Below are positions 23,955 through 36,901 of a DNA stretch of 64,000 bases, one piece after another. Numbering within the stretch: position 1 is the first letter of the stretch; the number at the start of each line of letters is the position of its first letter. Below the pieces are notes generated by a model, which ran no database searches, was not told the DNA's origin, and saw only the letters and a list, made by a program, of their open reading frames with translations. The translations under genes and the position numbers were made by a program. Origin of the DNA: Xylographa opegraphella (taxonomy: Eukaryota); the NCBI GenBank assembly GCA_022813865.1, contig JALDZX010000022.1, forward strand, positions 248,001 through 312,000, read 5' to 3'.

Positions 23955-25034
23955 CTAGACAGCGGCTGGTGGTGTCCTCATTGGCTCAGATTGCTGTTGC
24001 ATTGGAGGCAGATCAAGTGGTGGCTGCTGTAATTGACTCTGAGGTTTGTTGGATTCATTGGCGGACGTCTCAACCTAGATAATCTTAAGCATGAAACAGA
24101 TCATGAAGGAAAGGACATCGTAATAAGAGCAAGACATACCTTGGAAGCATCTGAATTGAGGACGTTGCCCTCTCCAGAGTTTCTCATATCAATCTCAGGG
24201 TCTTCTCGGGCAGCCTTTTGAGATTCTCGAGCAGCCTTCCGAGATTCTCGTACAGCATTTCGAGCTTCTCCAGCAGCCTTTCGAGCTTCTCGAGCGGCCT
24301 CTCGACCTTCTCGAGCAAGTTTTAGAGCTTCCTCGTAGGCATACCATCTCTCCGTCAAGGTATGCTTGATGGCGCGTTGTGTTCTCCGAACCTAAGTACA
24401 GAAGTTAGTAGTTAGATCAAACCGGAGATAACGGGTGTATGAACTTTGAAGGGAGAACATACGGTTTTGTCTCTCTCGTCACCTTCATATTCTCCGTAGC
24501 CAGGTTTGACTCTTTCCCGCTCGTACTTCTCCGTGGCGAGGCGATTTCGCTCCTTTGCACAGGTCCACCATAAACAATGGAGGTCTTCGAAAGACTTGTG
24601 GCGTAGCTCTTCCACCGACCAAGGTCGACCTGTAAGGATGAAATCAGCAACGGCTTCACCGACTACTATGTTAAACACATACCATGTGCTGCCTCAGCTT
24701 CGGGAGTGGTCAAAAACTTCTTCTCTTTGTTAAAGAAGGCCCAAAGACCATGATTTTCATCTACGGTAACTTGGGATCTCCGCGCAGGGTCTAGAACCGG
24801 CTGTGGTAGAGGTACCTTTGACATGGACACAGGCTGCTTTAAGCCGGTTCTTCGAATGGCAGAAACACCTCTGGCTTTATTGTTGTCACGAGTACGACGA
24901 CATCGGATAGCAGAACTCGAGAATTGGGATGTCTGTATTGTAGCAGGATACGCAATTAAAAGAGCCGGCGCAAGGAAAACGGGCGGTGCCTCTCGACATA
25001 TCATGGAGCACGGTTTGATTAAGAGTCGTGACAT
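23955..25034 (-). CDS. MRPL4: Mitochondrial large-subunit ribosomal protein L4 (uL29m/MRP-L47 family), 4 exons
   Basis: [40 protein letters not shown] and [22 protein letters not shown], preceded by a mitochondrial-type presequence. Confidence 0.95.
24203..24328. repeat. Six imperfect 21-bp tandem repeats within MRPL4 exon 3
   Basis: Units on + strand: ttctcgggcagccttttgaga / ttctcgagcagccttccgaga / ttctcgtacagcatttcgagc / ttctccagcagcctttcgagc / ttctcgagcggcctctcgacc / ttctcgagcaagttttagagc. Confidence 0.95.
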
Positions 25035-25860
25035 TGCGCAACCTGTAACCATGTACGTAGATATTGTTTGGATGGATGGAGTTTTGATGAAGGTACGCTA
25101 GCATGCTCGGAAGTCAGGTCGGGCCGAGGACGATGAACATCCAATCAACTTCACGATTGACTAGACGGCCGACGCCGAGGGCTTTGGCTTCCACACTTTC
25201 TTGTACGTAGTACTTTCTGTCCTTGTTCTGTGTCTAAGTCTTTCAATTGTAGCCAATAGCCAAAAGCTCGGGACACAGGACCAGGATATTGAGTCTTTGA
25301 GGTAGTTGGAGGTCGGCTTGCCTTTCAAGCGCTCCACATATGTAAAGCAGATATGTGCAACACCGGCCTTCATCAACTCCAGCACAATTTTCGTAGGCCG
25401 GCGCTCCAGGTAAATCATTTGAATGGTATCAACCTCCAGAAGCCTGCCGGAACGGCCCGGACTAAATTGTTCAAGACCAATTTCCATGTACTGTACTATT
25501 GTGTAATAATAATTGGTATAGATGAATCATCACACCGGTGAAGAGGCAGTAGACAGAACTGGTCTCTGAATTCCTGGGCCTAATTCCTACTCCTCATCTG
25601 GCCTTCCCTGACTTCTGACGCTCTGGCCATCTGAATCTCTGGGACTCGAGCTGCTGGTCCGTGCGCGAAGGTGGAGGATCGCCCCCAGGGTCCTTGCCGT
25701 AGTGCCCGCCTTTAGCTCCGTTGCTCAACCTCATTTCGTGGCTCACGCTTCCTTAGGTTCAACGTGAGAAGCTGATGACTGCCATCACACTATTTTGTCC
25801 TTCTGAGCTATTGACCGACGTTGTATAATTATTACGCTCTCTATCGCTCAAGCGCTGAGT

Positions 25861-28241
25861 ATGAACCGTCCAGGTAAGCCTTCTTACTGCATCGTTCAAT
25901 ATTTATTCCCTTAAAATCTGAATTGTGTGTGGTGCGTTGGGCCTGTATCGAGCAGGGTAACCATATAGCGAAGCACTGCGATTGTTTTTACCTCTAATCC
26001 TGTCATTTTAGACATCAATTCTGTGCGTGTCAGTACGACGTGCTGTACTTATCTGTCAATCTTGCGTGGCCGGCGTTTGCTATTCAAACAATTCTTCATC
26101 TGTAATAAAGCCACTTGCTCTAGGCGAATTCAGCATCGTGAATAAAACTTGCTCGATGCAGTTGTCTCTCGGCATCAGCAAGCAAGTAATTCCGAGTCTG
26201 ATGATGGTGAGCAGTATCGGTGGGCTGACTACGGTGAATGCAGGGGCAGGACCACAACCTTTGCGAGGTCTATCCGCATTTGCAGGCCAGCAATTACCAC
26301 AGAACCGTAACACGCCCCTGGGTTCAGGCCGTCTGCAAAATGGTAAGACAGGTTTGAGTATCAGCCTTGGAGCTGTATCTCAACCGTTTGCGAACATGGT
26401 GACTTGTCATCTCTGACTTCTGCAGCAAATTCTTCAAGTTGGGGCTTTGGTGTACCAAATGGGGCGCCAGGACTGCCAACACCTCAAGGTAGAGCACCCG
26501 GAGGCACTAGCACTAGCTTTGCACAAACAATAGGAAGCTCTCAGCCAGCGACACCACTTGATCTTTCGTAAGTTATCCTCACTTAAGCAACTATGGCAGA
26601 CCCGCGGGATGAATTCTACATGACACCTGAAGAGGCAGGACGCAAATGGTCTCGTCTTAACCAGAATACCAACGCTGAGTATGATAGCGAGTTTCCTTCC
26701 CTTTCAGGCGCACCACAACAGCAATATCAAAATCCGGGTCAAGCTGTCTGGGCTACTGCGAACCAACGAGTAACTCAACACACTCCAGTACAGCGGCCTC
26801 AACAATCTCAACCTAACGCTCAGGGTCTTGCTCCTGTTCAGCCGCAATCGCATACCACACAAGAACAACTCCAACAGAGTCTCGATGATGCATTCTTCAG
26901 TAGCACGCAAATTAGTAATACCATGGACGACTACCGCCATGGTGGACAAGGTGGAGTTGGGCAGCTCTCTGGACCTCATCAGCCACAACCTAGTAGTATC
27001 GATGATTTTCCTCCACTTAGTCGAAATGGGCATGGTGAGATCGGGCAAGACCGTAGAGGAAACGTCATGCAAAGTGCTGTCGCTAGCGGCTTTTCATCTA
27101 ACCAAGCTTTTGCATCAGGTAGCCCTGCTCAATGATCATACTCACCACTCTCATTGGCTTGGTGAGCAACTGATGTGAAGCTAACATTTTCCCCAGGAGC
27201 TTCGACAATGAGAATGACAGCTGAAAATATGCGCGGCGGCCAGAATGGATCTGTGGATTCCATCAAGAATGTGAGTCATGTTTACCTAGTATTTCACTAT
27301 ATCTTTTACTAAGCCCTCAATATAGACCGGGAATGGCGATAGCTCCATCTTCTCCATTTTACAAGATCCACTAAATATGAAGAACGACTCATTCCCAGAT
27401 CCGCAACAACGACAACCATCCACTTTGAACAACATGCAATCATCACGGGCTCAGCAATTCCAGCCAGCCTATGGTGGTGATCTCGAAGACAGCCCAGGAG
27501 GTGTTCAGCATCGTACAAAAACTCCACTGTCCCAGATGAATGACCTCGATCGCTTCGGCCTCGCTGGCTTACTTGAGACGGTTCGAAATGAAAATCCAGA
27601 TGTCTCCGGTCTTGTAATTGGGCAGGAATTGACCTCCCTGGGGCTCGATCTCAGTTCTCAAGAGTCAGCGTGCTGAACCTTTTGTATGAAGTCGTCTCGT
27701 CTAACGGTATATAGGCCACTGCACCCCACATTTGGCGGGCCCTTCGCCCAGTTCCCCACGCGACCGCTCCAACCAGATTTCGCGCTCCCAACGTGCTACA
27801 CCGTCCTCAATGTCCACAAACTGGACGAGAAGATCACCAGCTTCTCAGATGAGACGCTGTTTTACATGTTCTACACGATGCCAAGAGATGTCATGCAAGA
27901 AGTTGCAGCTATCGAGCTGTAAGTCCTCCCCCCAAAACGTTTCCAGCTAGAGCTCTCGACTCATTCCGTCTCAGCACCGGCCGGAACTGGCGCTACCACA
28001 AAGAGCTCAAAGTGTGGCTCACCAAAGACCCGCAATTCGGCGATCCGCAGCCAATCAGCCACGAAGCAGAGCGTGGCCGATACGTCGTCTTCAACGAGAA
28101 GATGTGGCAGCGCGAGAGCGTCAGCATCACCCCCTCAACTCTCATTTGAACGCTTGAACTGACATTCACCAGCGAGACATGGTCCTCCGCTGGGCCGACC
28201 TCGACACCCACATAAGTAACCGCGGCGCCAACATGTCCTGA
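25861..28241 (+). CDS. NOT2: CCR4-NOT complex subunit Not2/Cdc36 (multi-exon)
   Basis: MNRP-GAGPQPLRG, LDLSEFPSLS, DRFGLAGLL, GQELTSLGLDL, and NOT box FSDETLFYMFYTMPRDVMQEVAAIEL..RNWRYHKELKVWLTKD. Confidence 0.93.
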
Positions 28242-28709
28242 GCGACAACTTCTTTCCCCTCATGAAGCCCCTCGGCCTTAAGCTCAAAAGCTCGGGCTGG
28301 CTGTCATTTTTGTTTGTCCGGTTTACGACTCTGCTCGCTCACGGTGCCAGGGCGTCTCGATCGCTCCTGCGCTTCGTAGCTTGCGGTAAAACATGGAGGC
28401 CATCTGTATTATGCGGCCAGGCTTTGCACGGTTCGGCTCTCACGGTAGCATGCTGTAATCTAGCAACCCTTCTTATCGTGGGGAGCGTTTAAAATGGGCT
28501 TTTGCCACCAGCATGGCCGGGTCGGTAAACGTATGCACGATTGCTTGAACGCGCTATTCTAGAAGCTGCGATTTGGAAAACGTGCATTTTGTGATATTTG
28601 GAGTAAGATGTGTAAACCATTCACTTCCGCACTTGATCAAGAGAACCATAAAGCCCCTGCGGGCCTTGAAGCCTACCTAGTACAGAAGCACTGCCCCAAA
28701 CCTCTTCCT

Positions 28710-31529
28710 CTACGCCTCCGCCTCCACCTCCTGCAAGCCCACCTCTCCGTCCACCCCATCGGTCTCCTCGCCCCCCACATCCACCAAATCCTTCCTCTGT
28801 CCCCCTTCTCTTTCCAGCCGCAAATACTCCTCCCACTCCGGGAACAAGTCCGCATCACCTTCCCCTTCCTCTGGCGGCACACCAAGCGTCCTCGCCACCT
28901 TCCCCTTGGCATCCTTTTCTAGCGCCTCCTTCCACTGCCTCACCACCTTGACCACTCGGCTCGGCTTGTACGTCTGCGCGAACAGCACCGCCTCCGCGGT
29001 GCGGTTGGTACGCACTAGCAGGTCAATGCAGCCATCCACGTCAGCGAGCTGCCACAAGCTGGCGAAGGCGATGTTGTGCATGCCCGCCGCTTCGGCCTGC
29101 TCAACGAGGGGGCGCAGCCCGTCGCCGTTGGCGGTGGAGGTGTACAGCAGCAGCAGGCTGCCAAGGTCTTTGGCATGTGTGAAGCACTCCTCCGCAAGGG
29201 AAAGATCCCAGCCAGCGAGGGCGGCGTCGCCTACTGTTTTCCAGCGATGCTCGACGTTGGCGGCACGCGCGATGTCGAGAGCGATCGGAAGATTATTAAG
29301 GGCGAGAGCAAGGTCGAAGCGGTGCTCCGGGTCCGTGGCAACTTCAAGAGCGAGGTCCTTAAGACCTTGGCCTTCGAGAAAGCGAGCGACTTTGTTCTTC
29401 TGGTCGTCGGGGATGTCGACGAGGAGCTCTGCCGCGGTCTCCATGTCGCCGCGTAGAACAAGAGTCTGGTACTCGACGACCGAGAGGGACAGGGCGTAAG
29501 AGGTGACGCCGACATCTTTGTCTGCGACGTAAACACGCCCATCGCGCGGGAGGTAGCCAAGGAGGTACATCGGTTGGTCGAAGTGGGACACGGTGTATGT
29601 TTGGTCACCGACAAGGTAGTTGAGGCGGTTGGTGGAGTTGGTGTAGATGAAACAGTCTCCGACCCATTGACCAGTGCGGACACTTTCATTGATATCGGTA
29701 ACGACTTCGAAGGCAGCTTCGACGCCGTCTTCGTCGCCTTGGCCGGCGGCGAGGCCTTCGGTGTAGTTTTCGCGCGAGAAGCGGAGCACGTAAAAGGTCT
29801 CTTCGCAAGCAAGAGCGACTAGCTCGCCGCTCTCCGACCAGTACACCTGATGCGAGGTGAGTCATTATGATTCGAAAGGATACTGGAGTATGCTCACGTT
29901 TGTTGGATCGACCTCTATCCTTCGAACAAGTGCACAACTCTCCCAATCAAAGAACCCAATACCTCCTTGGCCTTTAACCCCTAGTAGAACACCGCCGGTT
30001 AAGCCTTCGGATTGGAATCCAACATCGACGCCACCTCCCCTCTCCTTAAAGTTGCGGAACATTCGTACGGTCATGGAGGATTCCCTTATAGCATAGTCGT
30101 TACTGTTATCTTTTGATCCCCAAGCGAAATCCAATGCAGAACCAAACGCCTTATTTCTCCACGCAAGTGCAGTGTATATGATGTACTCGCCATCTCCGCA
30201 AACTGAAACGAAACGGCCGTTGGGTGAGTGTGTCAGTGTTTGAGGATAAATCTCACAGTTCCCAAGGTCTTTAGACGGTAAGCTTAATGGTGAACCATCT
30301 TTGAGTGTTAAATCGCCTCCTTTTATGACAGCGGAAAGGATCTCGCTGTGTCGTGCCCATATAAGCTTTCCCGAGCTATCCATTGAGACAGCCGGCTCCT
30401 CACGACCCATCTTAATAACGACTGCGCCATCATCAAAGCCAATTGCAATTCCCTGCCGGCCTCGCTGGTAACTGATACACCATGCCCGTTCAAGGCCATA
30501 TGTCAGATTCTGTTCCAACCTGTACGTATTGGCATGCCAGATCTTGACAGTGCCATCTTCCGAGCCTGAAATGATTACTGGGAGTTCAGGGTGATAGCAA
30601 GCGAATGAGACATTGCTCATATGTCCTTCCAGTGTAGCAATAAGAGACTTGGTAGTGTAGTCCCAGATTTTTACCGTCCGATCGTCCGACGTGGTCAGTA
30701 GATATGGCTTGTCGGCTTGTGGATAATAGTCCACATGGTTCACGCCCTTTGTCTCATGAGCTTCTAGGGTATAATTGGCGTGGCTAGATCCCAAGTTCCA
30801 TATCTTCACGGTCCGATCTAAACATGCGGAAGCGAATGTATTGGTATCTTTGGGATTGATCGCAAGGCCCATGACATAATGGGCATGTCCTTCAAAAACT
30901 TGAACACACTTCCATTCTTTTTCCCAATTCCAAAGTTTTATTGTCATGTCATCAGAGGCTGTGAGGACAAATGGTTGAGTAGGGTGAACAACGATGGCTC
31001 GAATATAATCAGGATGTGCTTCGAAGGATGTGATCTTTTCGGAGGTATTGTAGTTGTAGACTCGTAGTTGGAAATCATCGGAGCCACACACAATCCAATT
31101 CTTGCGTGCGATGAAGCGCCCCGCTCGTACTGGAACATCTGCAAGCTCGAAAGTTTTGACGATTGCCTGCGACTTATGAGTAGGTTTCTGAGCAAGACAA
31201 CTTCTGCACCCACCTGCGTTTCGAACGACCAAATGTACACATGTCCTAAAGAAGCAAGTCAGAATATGTCCGTCGCAAATACAGCTCTAGCGGAGAGGTT
31301 CTATACCGCTATACAAGGTAGTCAAAATCTACCACTCGTCAGTGTCTCTTGCGAGTAGGAGCCTTTCAGCTCACTTACCCATGGCTCTGTAGGATGAAAG
31401 TCAATACCCTTCACCCTCTCTGACCTCGCCAACAGTTGTCGCTGTACATTGACAAAAAAATTAGAAGAGTCCATGGTGAGTAGTAATAATTATCTCGAGA
31501 GTAACATTTACCTTCACGTCCAAACGCAT
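28710..31529 (-). CDS. SEC27: Coatomer subunit beta' (WD40), multi-exon
   Basis: [71 protein letters not shown] and WVGDCFIYTNSTNRLNY. Confidence 0.97.
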
Positions 31530-32651
31530 CTCCGCTGACTTTTATGACCTTATGCAAGTGACCGCAGTGCATACAACTTTTGTCCCTCCTGCATCAAGCA
31601 ACCACCACATGCATGTTCCTGCAATGCGATCTGCCTGGAAACTGAATACACTATATAAGCACTCTGATCCACACAAGCTTTCCAAGCCTATGGAGCGTAG
31701 GTCGTTAGTTGTGCGATGGTTTCTGACCAGATCTTCAGAACTTTAGGGTTATGTGCGCCTTACGGAGTACGATGCTTGGCATTGAACTCGAGCTGGGCCC
31801 AACTAGCGCAAAAGTCTCTTCCCTGCCCTACGCTTTAAAATCCACAGCCGCAGCTTTACGGCTCCTACCAAGCCGACTTCTCCACAGGTGTTTGTTTACA
31901 TTCCAGCCTTAAGGCATTGACTTGTCGTGTCATGGTCTCAACAGACTGCCAAAGCGAGGGTAATGGCGGATCTCGATGTGTGCAAATTCTGGAATTTCTA
32001 GAAAATCTATAAATGGAGGCCGATCAGATCGAAGCAAGAGCTTACACCTGTACAGTGATGTACGGGTTGGGGACCGGCTTTGCATCATCCTTGAATTTAG
32101 ATACAGTTTTGGCTATGAAATATACAACCCACGCGAAGAGATGCATATCTTCATCTCTGCCACCTAGGTGGTGGTCCAAATGGCCGGTCACCACGTGGAC
32201 ACGGACCAGTAGATAAAGGCCGGCAGCATGATGCCGATTGGAAAACTTGCACAAGGAGTAATCTGAAAGGTGCTGGGATACCTAGGTGGATCATCATATA
32301 CTAGGGCAGCCGCATGAGGACGCGAACGAGCTTGTGGCTAGGGTTGACGAGCAGTTGTATAGTCGCCGCTATCTACACAACCTGCTAGGTAGGTAGGTAC
32401 TACGTATGCAAGGCGGCTTAAGTTATGGTCAACACGATAACGTACCTTATAGGTAACGCGAAATTATTGATTGGATTCATGTTCAGAAAAAATGTTAGGC
32501 CTCCATGGCAGTTTTCGCAAACCGCTATGCCTGACCCTATGCGTTGTAGCCTTGTCGAGTACTCAGATGGCTGCTGGAGTTCGTACCCGTGCTTTCATCC
32601 AGATGCTTCGAGTTTCGGCGGAATATGATGCTTTCTCTTCATTCCCAGGGC

Positions 32652-33378
32652 ATGTCCAGCATAAACAGTCACCAATTGATGACCGAGATCGACGCCATCA
32701 ATGGTCTACTGCTTGGCTCCACGGCGGCTGTTCTGGCTGACGAGAATAATGTCAAGAACTTTCATACTGCCACAAATTGGACGGTCCATGAGTTGTTCTC
32801 CACTGACCCATTCTTACGGAAAGAAACTCCTGAGCTTGTTGATCTCGCAGGGTAAGAACTGAGTTCCAGGGCTTGATAACTTGGCCAGATATTTCAGCGG
32901 CAATTCCAAGAAGATCCGCCATGTTTGGGGCTAGAGGAAAACTACTGGCTATGAAGCAATTTGAGTATAGCACTAATTGACAGGCACAAACTGGAATGCA
33001 AAGTCCGATAAGAAAGCCATTACTAGCGTGCGCGCGACCACTACCATAAATGTTGTGTGCGATGAGCAGGGCATTGAAAAGGCACAAATGTTCCGATCCA
33101 TCCAGCGGCACACAGAGCTCTACCTTGCTTTTCACAATAATCATCTGCCATTGATAAACTAGAGCTTGTGGACAGACTTAGCTGTGTATCTCAAGCGCGA
33201 TCTCAACGACTCAACGAGCTAGCATTTTTAATATTTTCCAAGAATCAGCAAGACCTAAGCACGCGTGGCCTTGCCTAGAGGTGTCCGCGACGACTGGTTC
33301 AATACCGCAAATCCCGTCACATGGACTTCTTTGGTCAAGGCCCACAGATTCCGGGACAAGCTTTTCAATAGGAAATGA
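32652..33378 (+). pseudogene. Possible decayed coding sequence of unidentified family
   Basis: Protein-like fragments (MSSINSHQLMTEIDAINGLLLG; ELYLAFHNNHL..LWTDLAVYLKRDL; LPRGVRDDWFNTANPVTW) broken by many stops and a frame change. Family not recognised. Confidence 0.3.
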
Positions 33379-34513
33379 ATGGCTAGGTCAAGGAAGATTG
33401 GCGAAAACAGACGCTATCCACAGGGGAAGGCAACTAGTACAAGAGAACCCGGCCTGACAACGCCTGTCAGCTGCATAGTACAGTGTATCACGGAGCGAGT
33501 GGTGGTATTTATCGAGACATCAGCATGATGGTCTACAGGCATAGCTGTTCACGCACCTTCGCTCCAATACCTATGCTTCTCACAGTATAGGTGCTGCTCG
33601 CGGTAAACATCTTGGATATCCTAATCAATTATCTTTACCTTCAATTGAAAATAGAATCCGAGTCCATTGTAAGATCTTTCCTTCAATTCTGATCCACCGT
33701 TTCGAACTTTGATTTCATTTGTTATTCACGGCGACCGTCATTGCTTCGGTCGCTTTGTTGACTTTCGTTACTGCTCTCAGCCTCGGACTTCCCACAAACA
33801 CTCTTCCGCTTCAACATAGCTGACAGAAGATCGTAAAAACAGCCAATCATCGCAACGTTCAAGTATGAGTCGTGAGCATAGTCTCCAAGAGATTCCCAGG
33901 AAGTTAGCCGAAGTATCTCCATACAAACTTTCATAAGTAGATAGGTAGTCTACATAATACGGAGCTCAAGTTTTCTCCGGCGTGGTGCACTGGGACCTAA
34001 GCCCTTACGGGTTAGTGTTCTATCTTAATAACTATCGGGATCTACCAAGGCCCGCTCGGGAATCTAACATTCCGCTCACGGCTGAGGGCAAAAGGAGGGT
34101 TAGAGAATTTGTTCCGTGAGTTGATTACAATGTCATTACCAGTACTTAACCGCCGAAGAAGACTTCTCCCGTCTTCTCATCAACCAGCCGAATACTTGTT
34201 CAGTAATTGATGAGAGGATCGGATTTCCCGTGCTTTTCACTGTCTAAGGAGACCTTCACTACACTTTGCATTGCCTTCCCATCCGTACAGACTGTCGTTG
34301 GTCATCAAGTGTAGCTATTATATTCTTGCCTACCTCTCTGCTCCTTCCGATATACCTAACCAGGTGAATGATTATCTTCTCATTGTGGCTATCGTTAATG
34401 GAGTTCTACCATTCTTGGTAATCTCCTGGTTGGTACATTCCTAGAATTACACACGACTTTGTGACCAAAGAGCAGCACTGTAATTGGGAAACAGTGTCGC
34501 CTGTGCAGCAAGT

Positions 34514-36901
34514 ATGAAGACCGTGCTGCCCACAACAGTAGCGAGAACCCCAGACGTGTCGCTGGTCACACCTTCGCCATCCAAAAATTTAAAGCCACAG
34601 CGGGTATATGCGTGCATGCTTTGCCAGCAGCGCAAGGTGAAGTGTGATCGAAAGTATCCTTGCGCATATTGCATTAAGTCTCGGACACAATGTGTTCAAC
34701 CGGTACAGGTCTCGCGTCGACGAAGACGCAGGTTTCCCGAGCGGGAGCTGCTGGAACGTCTTCGCAAGTACGAAGACCTGCTTCGTCAGAACAATATCAA
34801 GTTTGAGCCGTTTCACAAGGATTCAACTGGAGAGAAGGGGTCTCCTACTGTGGAAGGCGGCTATGATTCGGACGATGAGCAGCTTAACGTAGCAGGGCCA
34901 GGTGCCTCGTCTCCCTCCACCACTGCCAATTCCGAAAGAGTACATGAGGCAAGGTACGCGCTTTCCAAGAAACTGCTCTCCATGAGGCTATCTCATGATT
35001 ACTAAATGTCTTAGAAATATCTGGCACGGTATGAGGCAGGAGGTATAACTATCTTATATATGGTTCAATTTCCAGTTACTGACACCTGAAATAGGTTCGA
35101 AGTCCAAAAACCAACAACAGCGATTCATCAGAGGATGATATGCGTGCGATTGTAATCAAGAAGGCGTGGGACCAACTGTTCCATACTAATGACAATCTTC
35201 TATTTGGCCCGCGCAAGTCGACCGTCGACGTTTATACGCTACATCCCGACCCTGTCCAAATATTTAGACTTTGGCAGCTTTACCTCGAAAATGTGAACCC
35301 GCTACTGAAGGTCACACACACTCCCAGCCTACAAGGACGCATCATAGAAGCAGCTACCAATGTCTTCAATATCAAGCCCGATTTGGAGGCTCTCATGTTC
35401 AGCATCTATTGCATGTCTGTTTTAAGTCTTTCTGTGGATGACTGTCAGGCCATATTCGGTTCGTCGAAGGCAGATCTTCTGACCAGGTATCAATTTGGCT
35501 GTCAGCAGGCTCTGTTAAACTGTGGCTTTCTACGTTCTGGCGATCGTGATTGTCTGACTGCGTTGTACCTCTACATAGTGAGTCTATCGCGTGGACATTT
35601 TTATGTCTTCTAACCCGTTCTAGTTCTCGGTTAGACCTAACACAGTTCCCCAATCCCTGTCTTCGATGCTTGGTGTTGCCATCCGCATAGCGCAGCGTAT
35701 GGGCATACACAGTGAATCGGCCTTATCCAAATGTACTGCTCTCGAGGCTGAGATGCGAAGAAGACTTTGGTGGTCGCTTGTGATCTTCGATACTCGTATC
35801 GGTGAGATGGCCGACTCCAAAACAGCAACACTAACTCCCATGTGGGACTGCAGAATTCCTCTCAACGTGAACGATTCTGATTTACGACCGGAGATGAAGG
35901 CTCTTCCACAGCTTCAGGGGAAGATAACCGAGGCACTCTTTACCGTAGTGCGTAGTGAGCTGGGCGACTATATTCGGCACACTATGTTCCACCTCATCTT
36001 CAGTGGCCCGTCTTTGAAACCGGTTGCCGAGGATGTTCAAAATGACGGTTTCCATGAAGGTTGCGGGCTGATCGAGCTTGAAGGAAAGATCGAGGCCGAG
36101 TATCTGAAGTATTGTGACTCGGAGAATCCACTCCACTTCCTGACGATATGGATGACACGCGCATACCTTGCTAAATGCCGCCTTGTGGAACATTACTTGA
36201 GATTTCCCAAAACGTCTGTATCTCAAGCGGCGGAACAGCACGATGCTGCTATCTCGTATGCGCTTAGCATGCTTGAGTGCGATACAAAGATCATGACCTC
36301 GCCCCTTGCTAAAGGATTTCTTTGGCTGCTTGACCTCTACTTTCCATTCGCCGCATACATCCAGATTCTTCAAAACCTCAAACGGCGTCCACTCGGTGAC
36401 CAAGCTGACCCGGCTTGGGAAACCATGAGTGACAACTTCGAAGCTCGTTTCGGTCGATTGGGCACAGCCGATAATCCTTTCTTCCAGATTTTCGCGAAAA
36501 TTGTCCTTCAAGCATGGGAGGCCCATGAGGCAACATTCAGGCAATCACAAGAGTCGTTGACAACACCAAAAATCGTGATATCTATTCGACAGAAAATGGC
36601 ACAGCAAGCGCTACATCTATCTAATTCCGACACAAAACAAACAAATGGTGCCGCAGACATAGGTGTCAACAACTTTTCCGTGTCAACACTATCTATGGGT
36701 GCAGGTAGTCACAGTCTGCTCGATAGCATGGAAGTGCAGGACGGTTATGCAGTACCAGGACCCGGAGCATACCCTACCATACCCGGTTTGGATCCGCAAG
36801 GCGTTAATGTCGACCAATTCGACTGGTATGCAATGGACTGGGATTTGCTGAATGCTCCGACTAGTGAGACTGGTGGGTCTCCAGTGGTATCGCTGCTGTA
36901 A
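34514..36901 (+). CDS. Zn(II)2Cys6 transcription factor with fungal TF middle homology region (resembles Bik5/AurR2-type cluster regulators)
   Basis: ACMLCQQRKVKCDRKYPCAYCIKSRTQC, RRRRFPERELLERLRKYEDLL, LWQLYLENVNPLLKVTH and AIRIAQRMGIH..EMRRRLWW. Introns 34954-35014, 35043-35094 and 35578-35622 keep the frame. Confidence 0.92.

Noticed and set aside
25770..25810. TGATGA...CTGA flanked by AGCT, resembling a box C/D snoRNA upstream of NOT2
   Set aside because: Only about 40 nt, too short for a typical snoRNA, and no rRNA guide was recognised.
32013..32216. Short ORF with YGLGTGF, reminiscent of the ammonia-lyase YGVTTGFG loop
   Set aside because: No other ammonia-lyase motifs and only 67 aa.
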